Virus record (IMG/VR): IMGVR_UViG_3300005838_000009
Location: 3,818-67,817 of that record
DNA: 64,000 bases
Source: a virus
Reading direction: 5' to 3' (one strand)
Below, in pieces: positions 1 to 10,378 of the stretch. Made by a program: the position numbers and the translations under genes. Under the pieces are notes generated by a model. The model ran no database searches and was not told the DNA's origin. It saw only the letters and a program-made list of their open reading frames with translations. Position 1 is the stretch's first letter. Every line of letters begins with the position of its first letter.

Positions 1-30
1 TCTACTAGTGGTGGTAGAATTAATACTAAT

Positions 31-285
31 ATGCCCTCCGGAGTAACAGGTAAGTATAGAATAGATCTATTTTTGCATGACTCTACTAATGATTTTAAAG
101 CTAGAGAAAATAGTGATAGAGTAATGCATGAATTGTCACATGCATTCTTGTTTGGTACACCTCATTTTGTAAAGGGAGTTCATGATAATGTTAGTGATAG
201 ATATCTTATATCATTCTGGTATTGGTCCGGTCTTAGATATAGAAAGTTCTCTCTCACTATCATAGATATCAAAAGATTTATATAA
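31..285 (+). CDS. Putative zincin-like metallopeptidase domain protein (probably 5'-truncated by the window edge)
   Basis: HExxH motif (VMHELSHA) followed by a downstream His; the frame appears open to the window start. Confidence 0.45.
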   Translation: MPSGVTGKYRIDLFLHDSTNDFKARENSDRVMHELSHAFLFGTPHFVKGVHDNVSDRYLISFWYWSGLRYRKFSLTIIDIKRFI

Positions 286-381
286 CTACAAGTGTAATAT
301 ATTATATGAAACATCAACATGCTTGGGTTAAAATTGGACCTACTAAAGAGTCATGTGGTTTGTGTGATCAAGTGAGGAAAA

Positions 382-609
382 TTGCCAAAACAACGTAAAG
401 AAGGAGCACAGAAAACTACCATCTCTGTATCATGGAGTTCTAAAACAACCTTTAGAAAGCTAGCTAAGAAGACAAAGACAACTAAGAATGGTGATGTGTT
501 TGAATCAGACACTGTTATATTTGATAGAATATTAGAAGATTATTTAAGAAAACATCCAGATGAAGTATCTAGATCTACTACTTCTACTTACCCTTCAAAG
601 AATCCTTAA
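382..609 (+). CDS. Small basic DNA-binding protein, ribbon-helix-helix-like
   Basis: KTTISVS beta-strand followed by helices and an 'ESDTVIFDRILE' segment, as in archaeal RHH/CopG-like proteins; TTG start. Confidence 0.45.
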   Translation: MPKQRKEGAQKTTISVSWSSKTTFRKLAKKTKTTKNGDVFESDTVIFDRILEDYLRKHPDEVSRSTTSTYPSKNP

Positions 610-964
610 TATCTTCTAGATGAATACCTGCTAGGTTATTCTCTCTAGGACACCAAGCAATCTTGACTAATTTACCCTGCTTATTGAGTGCTTTTCTATT
701 CAAAACAGCAAGGTTAGCACCATTTATTTTCCACTTGTGATTTATTTGTTTAACTGCTAACATACTATCTGATTTTAATATGACATGATCTCTAGGGTAG
801 TATTTGTTAATGTATTCTAACCCATATATTATAGCTAGATATTCTAAGTCGTTGTTAGTAGTGGCCCTCTTCCTAGTCTTTACTATCGTCTTTCTTTTCT
901 GGGGGTCTACTAAACATATAACCATACCTCTTGTCCCACCGTCTACATATAATATTACAGTCAC
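584..964 (-). CDS. rnhA: Ribonuclease HI-like protein
   Basis: Motifs LYVDGG, TNNDLEYLAI, KSDSMLAVKQ, WCPRENNLAG; the last conserved Asp appears replaced by Gly. Confidence 0.8.
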   Translation of the reverse strand: MTVILYVDGGTRGMVICLVDPQKRKTIVKTRKRATTNNDLEYLAIIYGLEYINKYYPRDHVILKSDSMLAVKQINHKWKINGANLAVLNRKALNKQGKLVKIAWCPRENNLAGIHLEDIKDSLKGK

Positions 965-1248
965 TCTTGTTGTTCCTCTAATTCTTTAATTAATTTTTCT
1001 AATCTATCTTTATCTTCATCTTTACATACAGATCTAGCTATACTAAGACCAGTAATTAAACCATCATAATAATCCACTACTTATCTTTAGGCTTATCCTT
1101 TGTATAAACCTTTCGACATAAAGCACTACAATATATTCTCTGACGTCCCTTGTACCTATCAGGTAATGTCATGTCACAATTAATACAATGCTTTGGTTCA
1201 GAACGTCGTCCCATATATATCTATCTATGCTCTCTTTATATATAAGGC

Positions 1249-2775
1249 TTACTTATTTAATCTATTATGTATTTCTTTAGCTTCTTCACCTGATACAACT
1301 CTTGGACCCCATCTTGATGTACCTTTGTGTTTATCTTCTCTGTTGTATACTGTGTTAGAGACTCCTTCTGTTGAAGAAGTTACAGCTCCCGCTGAGGTAG
1401 CTCCCCCGCCTTCCTTCTCCACTTCGTTGTCTACCATGCCTTGTTTGATTGTTTTTTTGTGATAACCTACCATTACTTCCTTGCCGTCTGCTTTAGGATC
1501 TCTTGGTTTTTTCTGTTGAGTATTATGTAGGTTTTGTGCTCTATTACCTTCTCTACTACACTCTTCATAATCATCTGGTGCATCGAAAGGTGTGTCTGTA
1601 ACAACTCCTCCATATGCTCCGTGTTCTACATCAGATTTTTTAGAACCTATACCTGGTACTTTAAATGGATTCTTAGATCCTATAACACCTATAGTACCAC
1701 TTTCAGCTAGTAATTTTCCACCATTTCTTCCTGCTGAACGTTCTTCCCAACCACCAACTTTTTTATCTGGTTTAGTTGGAGTGTTATGACTTGAATGTTG
1801 ACTACCAATTTCTTCATCTCTGCTTCTTACTTCTTCATCAGATTTCAAAGATGAATTTGCTTCTTTACTTGTAATGTTAATTTTATTTAAATGGTTACGT
1901 AATGCATAGATTTGAACTGTGGCTTTATCTAAACCTTGTGCGAATGTACCTGCACCTGCATCACCTTTTGGTTTGGTTTCTTTCTTTGGTGAGTCTTTCG
2001 GTTTCTCAGTGTTAGAGTTACCAACTTGTTTACCACCAACTATTGTTGCACCTGGTGTAAAGTTCTTATCATCTTGTAATGATTTTGGATAAGCATTATC
2101 ATATAACTTTCCTTGTCTCTCTGTTATACTTATTTTCTTACCTGGGTTTTTAACATCATCTCTATACACTCTGTTTGGTTTAGTTCTTTTAGTTTGACCT
2201 GTGGTTGCTGTTGCATCTTGACTGGCATCGGCACTACCTAATGATTTAGGTCCAGTTCCTGGTCTTCTTGCTGCACCTCCATCTCTTACTGCTCCTTTAG
2301 GTGCTTTACCTTGAAAATGTGATCCAACAGATGTATATGGTGGTGATTTTTTCAATACTTCTTTAAGGTTCATTGGTAGTTCATGCCATGATTTAGATAT
2401 AAAGTGTAATGGTTCTTCTATTCTTGCTTTGTGTAGTGCTGACATTCTTGTTTCCATTGTCATTTGGTCCCATAGTTGATTCATAATACCCATACTTATA
2501 GTGTCCCCTGGAATGTAGGTCTCTCCAGCGTGTACTTGATCATAAGCATTAGCTTGTTCATTAAATATAGTTAAATATTCACCATCTTTTCTGACGATTG
2601 TTCCTTGTCCTTTAGTGTAAGCTACTTCAACGCCAATCTTTGCGTGTTGTACTTGGTCCATTGAGAGTTTCTTTTTGAGGCCAGCTGCTTGAGCATCTAA
2701 TTTAGGGTGTGTACTACGTTGTTTCTCAGCATCATCTTGGTTAAATGAGGTACTAAGTGAGTCTCCGACGGGCAT
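1249..2775 (-). CDS. Low-complexity Lys/Gly-rich protein, possibly an internal head protein
   Basis: 508-aa ORF with its own TATA box (~2795-2804); shares TIVGGKQ and GLDKA motifs with the protease C-terminal extension. Confidence 0.6.
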   Translation of the reverse strand: MPVGDSLSTSFNQDDAEKQRSTHPKLDAQAAGLKKKLSMDQVQHAKIGVEVAYTKGQGTIVRKDGEYLTIFNEQANAYDQVHAGETYIPGDTISMGIMNQLWDQMTMETRMSALHKARIEEPLHFISKSWHELPMNLKEVLKKSPPYTSVGSHFQGKAPKGAVRDGGAARRPGTGPKSLGSADASQDATATTGQTKRTKPNRVYRDDVKNPGKKISITERQGKLYDNAYPKSLQDDKNFTPGATIVGGKQVGNSNTEKPKDSPKKETKPKGDAGAGTFAQGLDKATVQIYALRNHLNKINITSKEANSSLKSDEEVRSRDEEIGSQHSSHNTPTKPDKKVGGWEERSAGRNGGKLLAESGTIGVIGSKNPFKVPGIGSKKSDVEHGAYGGVVTDTPFDAPDDYEECSREGNRAQNLHNTQQKKPRDPKADGKEVMVGYHKKTIKQGMVDNEVEKEGGGATSAGAVTSSTEGVSNTVYNREDKHKGTSRWGPRVVSGEEAKEIHNRLNK

Positions 2776-2805
2776 ATATTATATAGTCGTAATAGATATA
2801 TAAAG

Positions 2806-4203
2806 TTATCCCATTAGGTTCTTCCAACCCTGTCCTGTTTCCATATAATACCATCCTTCTCCGAATGATACAGCATTACAGGCTAGAGCTAGAGCATCTG
2901 CATGATCATCTTTAGTACCCTCTTCTACCTTTACCTTCAGTTTACCCTCTTCTGTGTAGGCTCTCTTGAGATATGATAATTGGTATAATACTCTCTTGTC
3001 ATCTTGTGGTACTACTATTTTTTTATTCTCGAATATCATTCTAATATTACTATACATTTCTGACTTTGCTGATAGACTGAAAGTGATCCCCCGGACTGGA
3101 TATTCTCTACGTCTGGCAAGATCTACTACACCACCACCTAGACCTGTCTCGTCTATGAATATAGTCTCAAGTGGATATCTCTGCATGTATTCACCAATAG
3201 TACCCACAACATCAACTAGGTTTGATTGTGATTCCTTGGAATATTCTACAACCCTTATCTTATTATCTTCATCAACTTCTATAATCATGAATACAGTTTC
3301 ATCTCTACCACTACGTGCTACATCAAGACCCATATAGAATCTAGTAGCTCCTGCTGGATGCCATTTTCTATTATGTGATGCCATCAATAAGTCAAATGGT
3401 ATAAGACTATCACCTATATCTAAGAACTCACCCTCCACTTCTTGTGTATATTCTTCTTGTGATAATGTTTTAACTTGTTCTAAGAATAATGGATCATTAG
3501 CAATCTTTGGGTTGTCAATAGATCTTACGTGAAACTCTCTCCATAAACCATCATCTTTCTTCGGCCGACTCTCTTGACTAGACTCATAGAAATAACCCTG
3601 CTTACCGAAAGGTGTAGATGTTAACCAGACGTTAGCCTCTGTTGCCATACCAGATGGTAAGAAGGCAACCATAATAGATCGTTTAATGAAAGCACATTCG
3701 TCCGCAATGATAACGTGTGGGGAGTAACCTCTCAAGGTCACACCAGTTTCACCTGTTGCTCTGACATATATCTTAGTTAAACCTTTCTTGTTTAACCATT
3801 GTATCCACATCTCTGTCTGTGTACTTCTCAATACATATTTTGATAGAAAGTCTGAATTCTTTACAAGAGTTCTGATTCTATCGAACATGATACTTGCCTG
3901 GTTTTGTGTAGGTGCTGCGATAATTATAACTGCCTCTTTCTTTTCCTTAGCATCCTTAGATAATATAGGTGCAAAGAAGCTCCAATGTATAGCCTTTACA
4001 GCGGTGGTCATAGTCTTACCTGCCTGCCGTCCTGATCTATATATTATGAACCTCTCTTTACTATCAGCATATTCTGAATTATATTTGAATAATTTATGTC
4101 CTAACATAACCTCACTAAATTTGGTAGGACTCTTAGCCATCTCTGCTACCATGGTCATAAGCTTCTCTCGCTTATCTGTTACATCCTTAGATGATTTAGG
4201 CAC
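2806..4203 (-). CDS. terL: Terminase large subunit
   Basis: Walker A GRQAGKT, Walker B IIADE, motif III LTSTP, nuclease GLDVA...DET and DDHADAL. Confidence 0.95.
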   Translation of the reverse strand: MPKSSKDVTDKREKLMTMVAEMAKSPTKFSEVMLGHKLFKYNSEYADSKERFIIYRSGRQAGKTMTTAVKAIHWSFFAPILSKDAKEKKEAVIIIAAPTQNQASIMFDRIRTLVKNSDFLSKYVLRSTQTEMWIQWLNKKGLTKIYVRATGETGVTLRGYSPHVIIADECAFIKRSIMVAFLPSGMATEANVWLTSTPFGKQGYFYESSQESRPKKDDGLWREFHVRSIDNPKIANDPLFLEQVKTLSQEEYTQEVEGEFLDIGDSLIPFDLLMASHNRKWHPAGATRFYMGLDVARSGRDETVFMIIEVDEDNKIRVVEYSKESQSNLVDVVGTIGEYMQRYPLETIFIDETGLGGGVVDLARRREYPVRGITFSLSAKSEMYSNIRMIFENKKIVVPQDDKRVLYQLSYLKRAYTEEGKLKVKVEEGTKDDHADALALACNAVSFGEGWYYMETGQGWKNLMG

Positions 4204-4709
4204 TACTCTGTATACTCCAACTGTCTAAACAACTCTTCCATGTCACCATTCTCATCAAACGATTTCTTTTCTGTAACTGTAATTTTATTACTCATCTCTA
4301 CTAATAATTTTGCTACATTAAGGAAAGCGTTTTGTTGGCTGATTGAATTTCTATCTGGTATGTTACCATCCATCTGTGCTTGTACTAGTGCAAGGAATAC
4401 ATTTTCACCCATCTCTTTAGCCATAGTATCTAATAACATCTTGAGGTCCTCTGGATTACGTGTATTAATTTGATCTAAAAATGATTTAATATCTTTACGG
4501 ACACCACATGCAGCACCCTTTTCATATTTTGGGCACCTACCATTACCACCCTCCTCTTCTGATCTATAGATACATTTGTCACACTCTGCAGGTAACTTTG
4601 CATATTTTAAATGTTTAGATGAGTTGTATGGACTTACTGTTTTGTGTTTGTTAACCTCTACCTTGCTGTCTGGTTTGAGCCTAATAGAGGGTTCCCGTTT
4701 GGCACCCAT
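4203..4709 (-). CDS. Putative terminase small subunit / Cys-containing DNA-binding protein
   Basis: Abuts the terL start; helical C-terminal half; CxxC...C...C. Assignment is by position only. Confidence 0.4.
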   Translation of the reverse strand: MGAKREPSIRLKPDSKVEVNKHKTVSPYNSSKHLKYAKLPAECDKCIYRSEEEGGNGRCPKYEKGAACGVRKDIKSFLDQINTRNPEDLKMLLDTMAKEMGENVFLALVQAQMDGNIPDRNSISQQNAFLNVAKLLVEMSNKITVTEKKSFDENGDMEELFRQLEYTE

Positions 4710-4740
4710 GACAATAAATGAGTCGAAGATATATAAATAG

Positions 4741-5043
4741 TTATTGCTTCCAACGGTTTTCTTTGTTCACGTAACGTTTAACCCAATTACAGTTAGCACA
4801 CAGTACCTGTAGTTTACGTTTTGCTTCTTCTGGATTCCTTAGATAATAGTAATACATCTTAGCATGACCTTTCTCTCTTGCATCTCTACTACCATATCCA
4901 TCAATATGATCTATTTGTAAAGCTCTTACGTCTTTATATGAACACTTGTTACATTTCTTACCACCTAACACATCCATTAGTTTAAGTCTAGCTATTCTAC
5001 CATATGGTGGGTGTGGGTTTAATTTCACACCTTCATTAACCAT
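4741..5043 (-). CDS. HNH endonuclease
   Basis: CNKC...LQIDHIDG...LQVLCANCN; lies next to the terminase genes. Confidence 0.85.
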   Translation of the reverse strand: MVNEGVKLNPHPPYGRIARLKLMDVLGGKKCNKCSYKDVRALQIDHIDGYGSRDAREKGHAKMYYYYLRNPEEAKRKLQVLCANCNWVKRYVNKENRWKQ

Positions 5044-5088
5044 ACTACTATATTGTATAGGTGCTATATAAAGATATATAAAAAAAGG

Positions 5089-5316
5089 TTAGGTGTATGC
5101 GCCTATAACACCATCACCATCGATGTCTTTATTGATCAACTTTTCTACTTTCTGTTTTTGAGTCTTATTCTCTTTCTTTGTGACTTTTTGTTTCGCGAGG
5201 GTTTCCTCGATAACTCTTCCTTCTGGAGAGCTTGGAGATATTTGCATACCTCTGGCGTCAAAGATGAATGTTCCGTTAGAGAATCTTTCGTCAAAATCTA
5301 ATGATCTCCTTACCAT
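5089..5316 (-). CDS. Hypothetical protein with C-terminal DxDGDG (Ca-binding-like) motif
   Basis: ORF with upstream TATA; ends in DIDGDGVIG. Confidence 0.5.
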   Translation of the reverse strand: MVRRSLDFDERFSNGTFIFDARGMQISPSSPEGRVIEETLAKQKVTKKENKTQKQKVEKLINKDIDGDGVIGAYT

Positions 5317-5421
5317 ATATTAATATAGTTAAAACCTAATATAAACCTAACTCGATTGCTTTAAGTCTCATCATATATGCAGACACTGCACCAAAAAAAG
5401 CTAATGATTTAGTGTAATACA

Positions 5422-6186
5422 TCACTTGAAATTCTCATCGTAGTGTCCAAGGTCTTTGAGCATAGGCATATAATATAATGCTAATGGTGCTAATGTTAAT
5501 GCTGCAGGTGAACCATTGATTAGTTCTTTAGGGTCTAGTCCTAATTTAGATAAATGTATTAAGTTCTTTTGACATGCTAGTTGTATTGTACTTGTATTAG
5601 TTTTTCCTTTATCTCCAAATAATAGTGATTGCCCCTTCCAGACATCAGTTTTACGACCTCTCATACCACTTGTCCATGTAGTACTATCTATACTATCAAC
5701 CATATGATTCCTCTCTCTGTTCATCCATCTACCCTTTGCAAGACCGTGATATGAGTAATTCTGTGGTAGTTGTCTCAGTTGAGAGTCCTCTGTAGCGCGA
5801 CTGTTCGCCTTCCCTAACGCCACTCGATCACCTATCATATTTGGTTTAAACATACTAAGTGATTGAGCATAATTTTGATGTAAGATAGGTATTAATTTAT
5901 CATTATATTCTAGGCCCTCCTTCCAGTTTTTATAATTATTCATTATGTCAGATGGGTCATCATATTGTAAAGCCTCAAACTCCCAACCATTAAGTAACTC
6001 ATGATATTTTTTCATATCACTACCGAACCCTGGTCCTATCATAGCTGACTCGAATTCATTAGTATATTGTTTGGCTCTGTCACCTACATATTTATGTGTA
6101 AGCATTATGTTCTTAACACCTGCTCTACGTAGAGCTGATACTTGTGTCTTATTATTAGCGTTGAAATAGAACTTCATTTCATCCAC
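5422..6186 (-). CDS. TGT/DpdA-like (tRNA-guanine transglycosylase fold) protein, possible DNA base-exchange enzyme
   Basis: IPILH, YHGLA and DSIDSTTW resemble the H-G-x-G and S-x-D-S-[TS]-x-W motifs of viral TGT-like proteins. Confidence 0.5.
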   Translation of the reverse strand: MDEMKFYFNANNKTQVSALRRAGVKNIMLTHKYVGDRAKQYTNEFESAMIGPGFGSDMKKYHELLNGWEFEALQYDDPSDIMNNYKNWKEGLEYNDKLIPILHQNYAQSLSMFKPNMIGDRVALGKANSRATEDSQLRQLPQNYSYHGLAKGRWMNRERNHMVDSIDSTTWTSGMRGRKTDVWKGQSLLFGDKGKTNTSTIQLACQKNLIHLSKLGLDPKELINGSPAALTLAPLALYYMPMLKDLGHYDENFK

Positions 6187-6522
6187 TCCAAGATTTTTAA
6201 TCTTATTTCTTCAGAGCTTTTCAAGAAGAATTCTTTTTCATATTTAGTCATCTTCAATCTCTTTTCACCTTTACTCTATGTCCTGGACCTTTATGTCCTA
6301 AGACAACCTTGTTAACTTCTGCGTGTGATTTTTCACTATACATTGCTAGTGGTCCACAACTTGTACATCTTATATTAATCATTTAAATTCCTTGCCCATT
6401 TAATCATGTCCGGTGGTAGTGATATAATTTCTAATTGATTAGTTAGTTTCTCCATTAACTCGTTAGATTTATTCATAGCATCAATCATTGTTTTTAATTG
6501 TTCCTCTATTCTCTGTAGATTT

Positions 6523-7284
6523 CTAATCATCTTCTTCTCCGAAGCATTGGTTAATGAAAGGACACATACCATCACATAAGAAACATCTAGTTCTTTCTGG
6601 TAACTCTTTAGTTTTTAAAGACTCTTTGATAAGTCTAGCATTAGTTATCATCATGTTTAGATATTCTTCTGGTTTACCTAACTTGTATGTTATAGGTACT
6701 GGTATGTCTCTTTGTTCTTTGCTTATGCTGTTTGAAATATATATATTACACCCTCTTTTAGCTGTCCTTCCGTAACATTTTTGTAACAGTATAGCATAAC
6801 AATTTATCTGGGTGATATGTGATTCGCTAGCCTTTGATGTAGCTCTACTAAAGTATCCTATACTTCCTGTAGTTTTTTTATCAATGATAACGAGTTCACC
6901 ATCTACTTCAAGTAAATCATCAGCACTACCATAAATGATGTCCAAATGTTTAGGGTCGTCTGGTGCCATTGCAAGAGCTTCATCTCTTGTCACTGGGGTA
7001 TCAGTCTCATAATTGTAACCAAAGAATATTTCATTGTCATTTGGGTCAGTAGATAAATTAGTAACCTTATGTACTGCTTGTCCATAGAACATTGATTTCA
7101 TATCTTCTGTGGTCATACTTTTATGTTTGAGTGGTGTAAATTTACTATACATAACATTTCTCATACATGGTTTAATTAAATCTGACACATGTATAACACC
7201 AAGTCGCTCTGTTCCCATAGCTACCATTTGTGCTTTACGATACGCAAAATAAGCTGCCTTATTTACATCAGAATTTAATACCAC
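6523..7284 (-). CDS. Cas4-like PD-(D/E)xK exonuclease with Fe-S cysteines
   Basis: HVSDLIKPC, GQAVH, GSADD, IIDKKT, QINCY and C-terminal CxxCxxxCPF...C. Confidence 0.85.
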   Translation of the reverse strand: MVLNSDVNKAAYFAYRKAQMVAMGTERLGVIHVSDLIKPCMRNVMYSKFTPLKHKSMTTEDMKSMFYGQAVHKVTNLSTDPNDNEIFFGYNYETDTPVTRDEALAMAPDDPKHLDIIYGSADDLLEVDGELVIIDKKTTGSIGYFSRATSKASESHITQINCYAILLQKCYGRTAKRGCNIYISNSISKEQRDIPVPITYKLGKPEEYLNMMITNARLIKESLKTKELPERTRCFLCDGMCPFINQCFGEEDD

Positions 7285-7320
7285 AATACTATTAGTGCTA
7301 AGCCCTATATAAATCTAAGG

Positions 7321-8805
7321 TTATAACATAACACGTAACAGTGGTTTGAAGTCAACCCATGTTGAATATATCTTGTTTGTTGAGCCAGTAGTTCCTGCAA
7401 TACCCGATGTACCACCACCTGATGTTCCACTTGTACCACCTGCTCCACCAGTTAATGTACCACCTGTATTATCTGTTGCTGCAACTAACAGCCATCCAGC
7501 ACCTGCTCCTCCGCCACCTCCTGCTTTACCTTGTGCACCTGATGTTCCACCATTACCTCCAGCACCACCAGTTAAGTCAACACTTATTGCAGTTATTGTT
7601 TTTGTTATTAATATTAATAATGCTGGAGCTCCGCCTCCACCTCCACCTCCACCTCCGGCATCTGATGTTCCACCACCGGTTCCACCAGCTCCTCCTGATA
7701 CAAATGGAGAACCAGCTCCTCCGCCACCGCCACCTGCTGTAACATTACAAGCATTGGTTTGTGCACCTTCACCACCTCCGGCACCGCCAGAAGAAAATGT
7801 ATTTGTTAATAAATTATTAAGATTAAATAATCCTGAAACATCACAGCTACCCCAACTTGTTGCTCCACATCCAGGAGCACCAAATCCTGGTCTAGTACCC
7901 CATCCACCATAAACTGCGACATCACCAGATGGTTGTCCTGAAAATAATTGAGCAGTAGAAGGACTACAACCATTACTTCCTGATAATTCAACACCACACC
8001 CTGAACCATTAGATCCAGTACTTCCTGCAATACCAGTAGATGTTATTGTACCTGTACCAGTGACAGCATCTGCAATTATTATAACTGTACCTCTACTTTT
8101 TGCACCTGCACCACCATCTCCACCGGCTGCCTGTGCACCACTACCACCTACTCCACCTTCATTTCTAGTTACTCCACCATTAGATAATGTTAATGTTTTA
8201 CATGCGGCTATATTGAATGTACCAGACACCCTCACTATAATGTCACCACATCCACTCCATGATGTACAACATGATATTGTTAAACATGTATATTGTTTAT
8301 AACAACCACCAGTTAACGCAGGATTTGTACCAGCACCATCAGCACCTGTACCAAATATACTACACACATCTGATAATCCATTATGTGTATTAACCGTACT
8401 AGAACAAACAGATGTAACAGTTGTTGCATTAGTCACAGCATTACCTATTAATATAGACTCTGCTGGTAAACATCCAGTAGTTGTACCAAATGTAAAAGCT
8501 TCTGGTTCACATGTACCATCTCTGCATATTTGTGCATATATTTTATTTGTAGAACATGCAGTAAGACACGTAACAGCACATGATGTACTATTACATACAA
8601 CCAAACCTAATAATCTAGCTGAACCTACACCTACATCAACTGCCAATATATTAGGACATTGTGCTGTTACAGCTAAACCAGATACTACATAATTTTCTAT
8701 AATATCACTAGTAAAATATTTTTCCCAATCACTTGCCTCTATTATTTTTGATGATGAGTTATCTGAACGAGGTATAAGTATACGAGTCATAATGTTAGTT
8801 GCCAC
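7321..8805 (-). CDS. Glycine-rich tail fibre/appendage protein
   Basis: Long GGGGGAG runs in the C-terminal half, Cys-rich beta N-terminal half; at the end of the tail module. True start may be 8790. Confidence 0.7.
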   Translation of the reverse strand: MATNIMTRILIPRSDNSSSKIIEASDWEKYFTSDIIENYVVSGLAVTAQCPNILAVDVGVGSARLLGLVVCNSTSCAVTCLTACSTNKIYAQICRDGTCEPEAFTFGTTTGCLPAESILIGNAVTNATTVTSVCSSTVNTHNGLSDVCSIFGTGADGAGTNPALTGGCYKQYTCLTISCCTSWSGCGDIIVRVSGTFNIAACKTLTLSNGGVTRNEGGVGGSGAQAAGGDGGAGAKSRGTVIIIADAVTGTGTITSTGIAGSTGSNGSGCGVELSGSNGCSPSTAQLFSGQPSGDVAVYGGWGTRPGFGAPGCGATSWGSCDVSGLFNLNNLLTNTFSSGGAGGGEGAQTNACNVTAGGGGGGAGSPFVSGGAGGTGGGTSDAGGGGGGGGGAPALLILITKTITAISVDLTGGAGGNGGTSGAQGKAGGGGGAGAGWLLVAATDNTGGTLTGGAGGTSGTSGGGTSGIAGTTGSTNKIYSTWVDFKPLLRVML

Positions 8806-9299
8806 TCCACGATAGCTCTAGTAGAAGAGGTTTTCACAAGTGGTGACGCATCTATTTGTCTAGCCCATAAATCTGATCCTCCTGTTGGACTATTAGGAGA
8901 TCCTTGATCATCACATAAACCTATTTCATTCCATGTATAATTAGCTTGAGCAAAACCAAAATCAGCTGTTAAAAATAATGTTGGTCTTACATATGTTTTA
9001 TCTGCTGTAGATATACATACCCATAATTTATTACTTGCTGCTATTAGATCTGTATCTGTTAGTGCTGCTGCTTGGGTAGAGTCTCCGACTCCTATGCCCC
9101 CGGCTTCACCGAAACATGATAGACCAGTACCACCTAGTCTTTTTAATATACTATCTTTACCTGTATTAACTATAAGATTACAGAATGTGTCGTCTTTAAT
9201 TAGAATATCTTTACTTCTATCATCAGGGAAATCTGGATTCTTCTCCCATGCTTTAATATGTATACGTCCTTTAAGTGCTTTAAGTCGTTCAGCAGCCAT
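8787..9299 (-). CDS. Tail/baseplate structural protein
   Basis: NLIVNTG...GIGVGD...AALTDTDL...WNEIGL pattern typical of phage tail-fibre anchoring proteins. Confidence 0.65.
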   Translation of the reverse strand: MAAERLKALKGRIHIKAWEKNPDFPDDRSKDILIKDDTFCNLIVNTGKDSILKRLGGTGLSCFGEAGGIGVGDSTQAAALTDTDLIAASNKLWVCISTADKTYVRPTLFLTADFGFAQANYTWNEIGLCDDQGSPNSPTGGSDLWARQIDASPLVKTSSTRAIVEWQLTL

Positions 9300-9334
9300 A
9301 TATAAATGTACACTCTTGAGATATTTAAGGTTTC

Positions 9335-10144
9335 CTAGAATCTCTGATATCCAACTAGGTATATTACTAGGCCAGTTACACCTGTACCTACGGCATCTAG
9401 ATCAAATTCAATAACCCCATTTATATCTAACGTAGTGTCTGATATTACAGGGGCTGTAACCGCTGTCCTAGAGGTTTTTTCACATGTATCTAATGTTATT
9501 GCTGTGGATAATATGTCTAATGAATTCTGTTGTATTTGTATACTAGGCAGCCCCGAACTAGACGCGGTTGCTACGGTAGCAAATACCTCAGTTAATGTAA
9601 AATTATATGGCATTTGGAATTCCATCTGACCATCACCTGTACATAGAGTAGTAGTCTCATCTCCAAATCTAGTGATAATAGTTTCTCTCATAGCTTGAGG
9701 TTCATATCTACAACAAGTAGCATTATACTGTAATATATCACCAGTGGCACCACACGCATCTGTCAGTGTGTTATTACATGCTACCGCTGGGTTAACCTCC
9801 ATTGTTTTATTAAGAACAGTTCCTGCAGCTGTGTTAAACATTATAGTATCTGTCGCCCCTATCGCAGGGAATATAGCCACCCTATTTCCAGCTAATGCTG
9901 TAGTTCTAAATGATAAAGTATTACACCCAGCATTAGGTTCCTTTAATACAAATGCTACATTACCACAAGCATCTGCTTCAAATGTAAACAAATTACACTC
10001 ATGTATACATACAGTTGAACAAGAATAACAGGCATTATTAACATTCTGATTATTAAATAATCTACCATACCTTCTTAGATCTGGAGCACCAAATTTAACA
10101 CATGTTCCAGCACAACAATCAGTTTTCTCGGGCCAATTTGCCAT
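9335..10144 (-). CDS. Virion appendage protein with shared C-terminal domain (paralog 1 of 3)
   Basis: C-terminus GDETT...MPYNFTLT...EKTS.TA...VISD...GL.IYLVGY matches ORFs 11135-11899 and 21550-23403. Confidence 0.65.
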   Translation of the reverse strand: MANWPEKTDCCAGTCVKFGAPDLRRYGRLFNNQNVNNACYSCSTVCIHECNLFTFEADACGNVAFVLKEPNAGCNTLSFRTTALAGNRVAIFPAIGATDTIMFNTAAGTVLNKTMEVNPAVACNNTLTDACGATGDILQYNATCCRYEPQAMRETIITRFGDETTTLCTGDGQMEFQMPYNFTLTEVFATVATASSSGLPSIQIQQNSLDILSTAITLDTCEKTSRTAVTAPVISDTTLDINGVIEFDLDAVGTGVTGLVIYLVGYQRF

Positions 10145-10174
10145 ATTTATATATCTCTTATAGCCTTAAAAAGA

Positions 10175-10306
10175 TTACTTTCTAATCTCCTTTATTATTT
10201 CCTGTCTAATATTATCAGGTATTTTACCTCGTTTACCATCACCTTCATGTGGGAAATTAGGTAGTGTTTTTAGATATTCAAGTGAGTATATTAGAGCATC
10301 ATACAT
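10175..10306 (-). CDS. Small hypothetical protein (43 aa, not in ORF track)
   Basis: ATG at 10306, MYDALIYSLEYLKTLPNFPHEGDGKRGKIPDNIRQEIIKEIRK*; downstream of a TTTAAA box. Confidence 0.35.
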   Translation of the reverse strand: MYDALIYSLEYLKTLPNFPHEGDGKRGKIPDNIRQEIIKEIRK

Positions 10307-10335
10307 CTGTAGTCCTGCCTTATAGAAAGACAAGT

Positions 10336-10378
10336 TAATCAGATTTAAAGATTTACTATCAATAAATCGAAAATCCTG
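10336..10378. repeat. 43-bp exact repeat, copy 1 (3' end of LamG gene plus downstream TATA)
   Basis: TAATCAGATTTAAAGATTTACTATCAATAAATCGAAAATCCTG is identical at 20744-20786. Confidence 0.9.

Noticed and set aside
7346-8302. Pro-rich and His/Leu-rich plus-strand ORFs
   Set aside because: Antisense shadows of the Gly-rich fibre gene. The same applies to most plus-strand ORFs at 0.8-34 kb and minus-strand ORFs at 41-57 kb.
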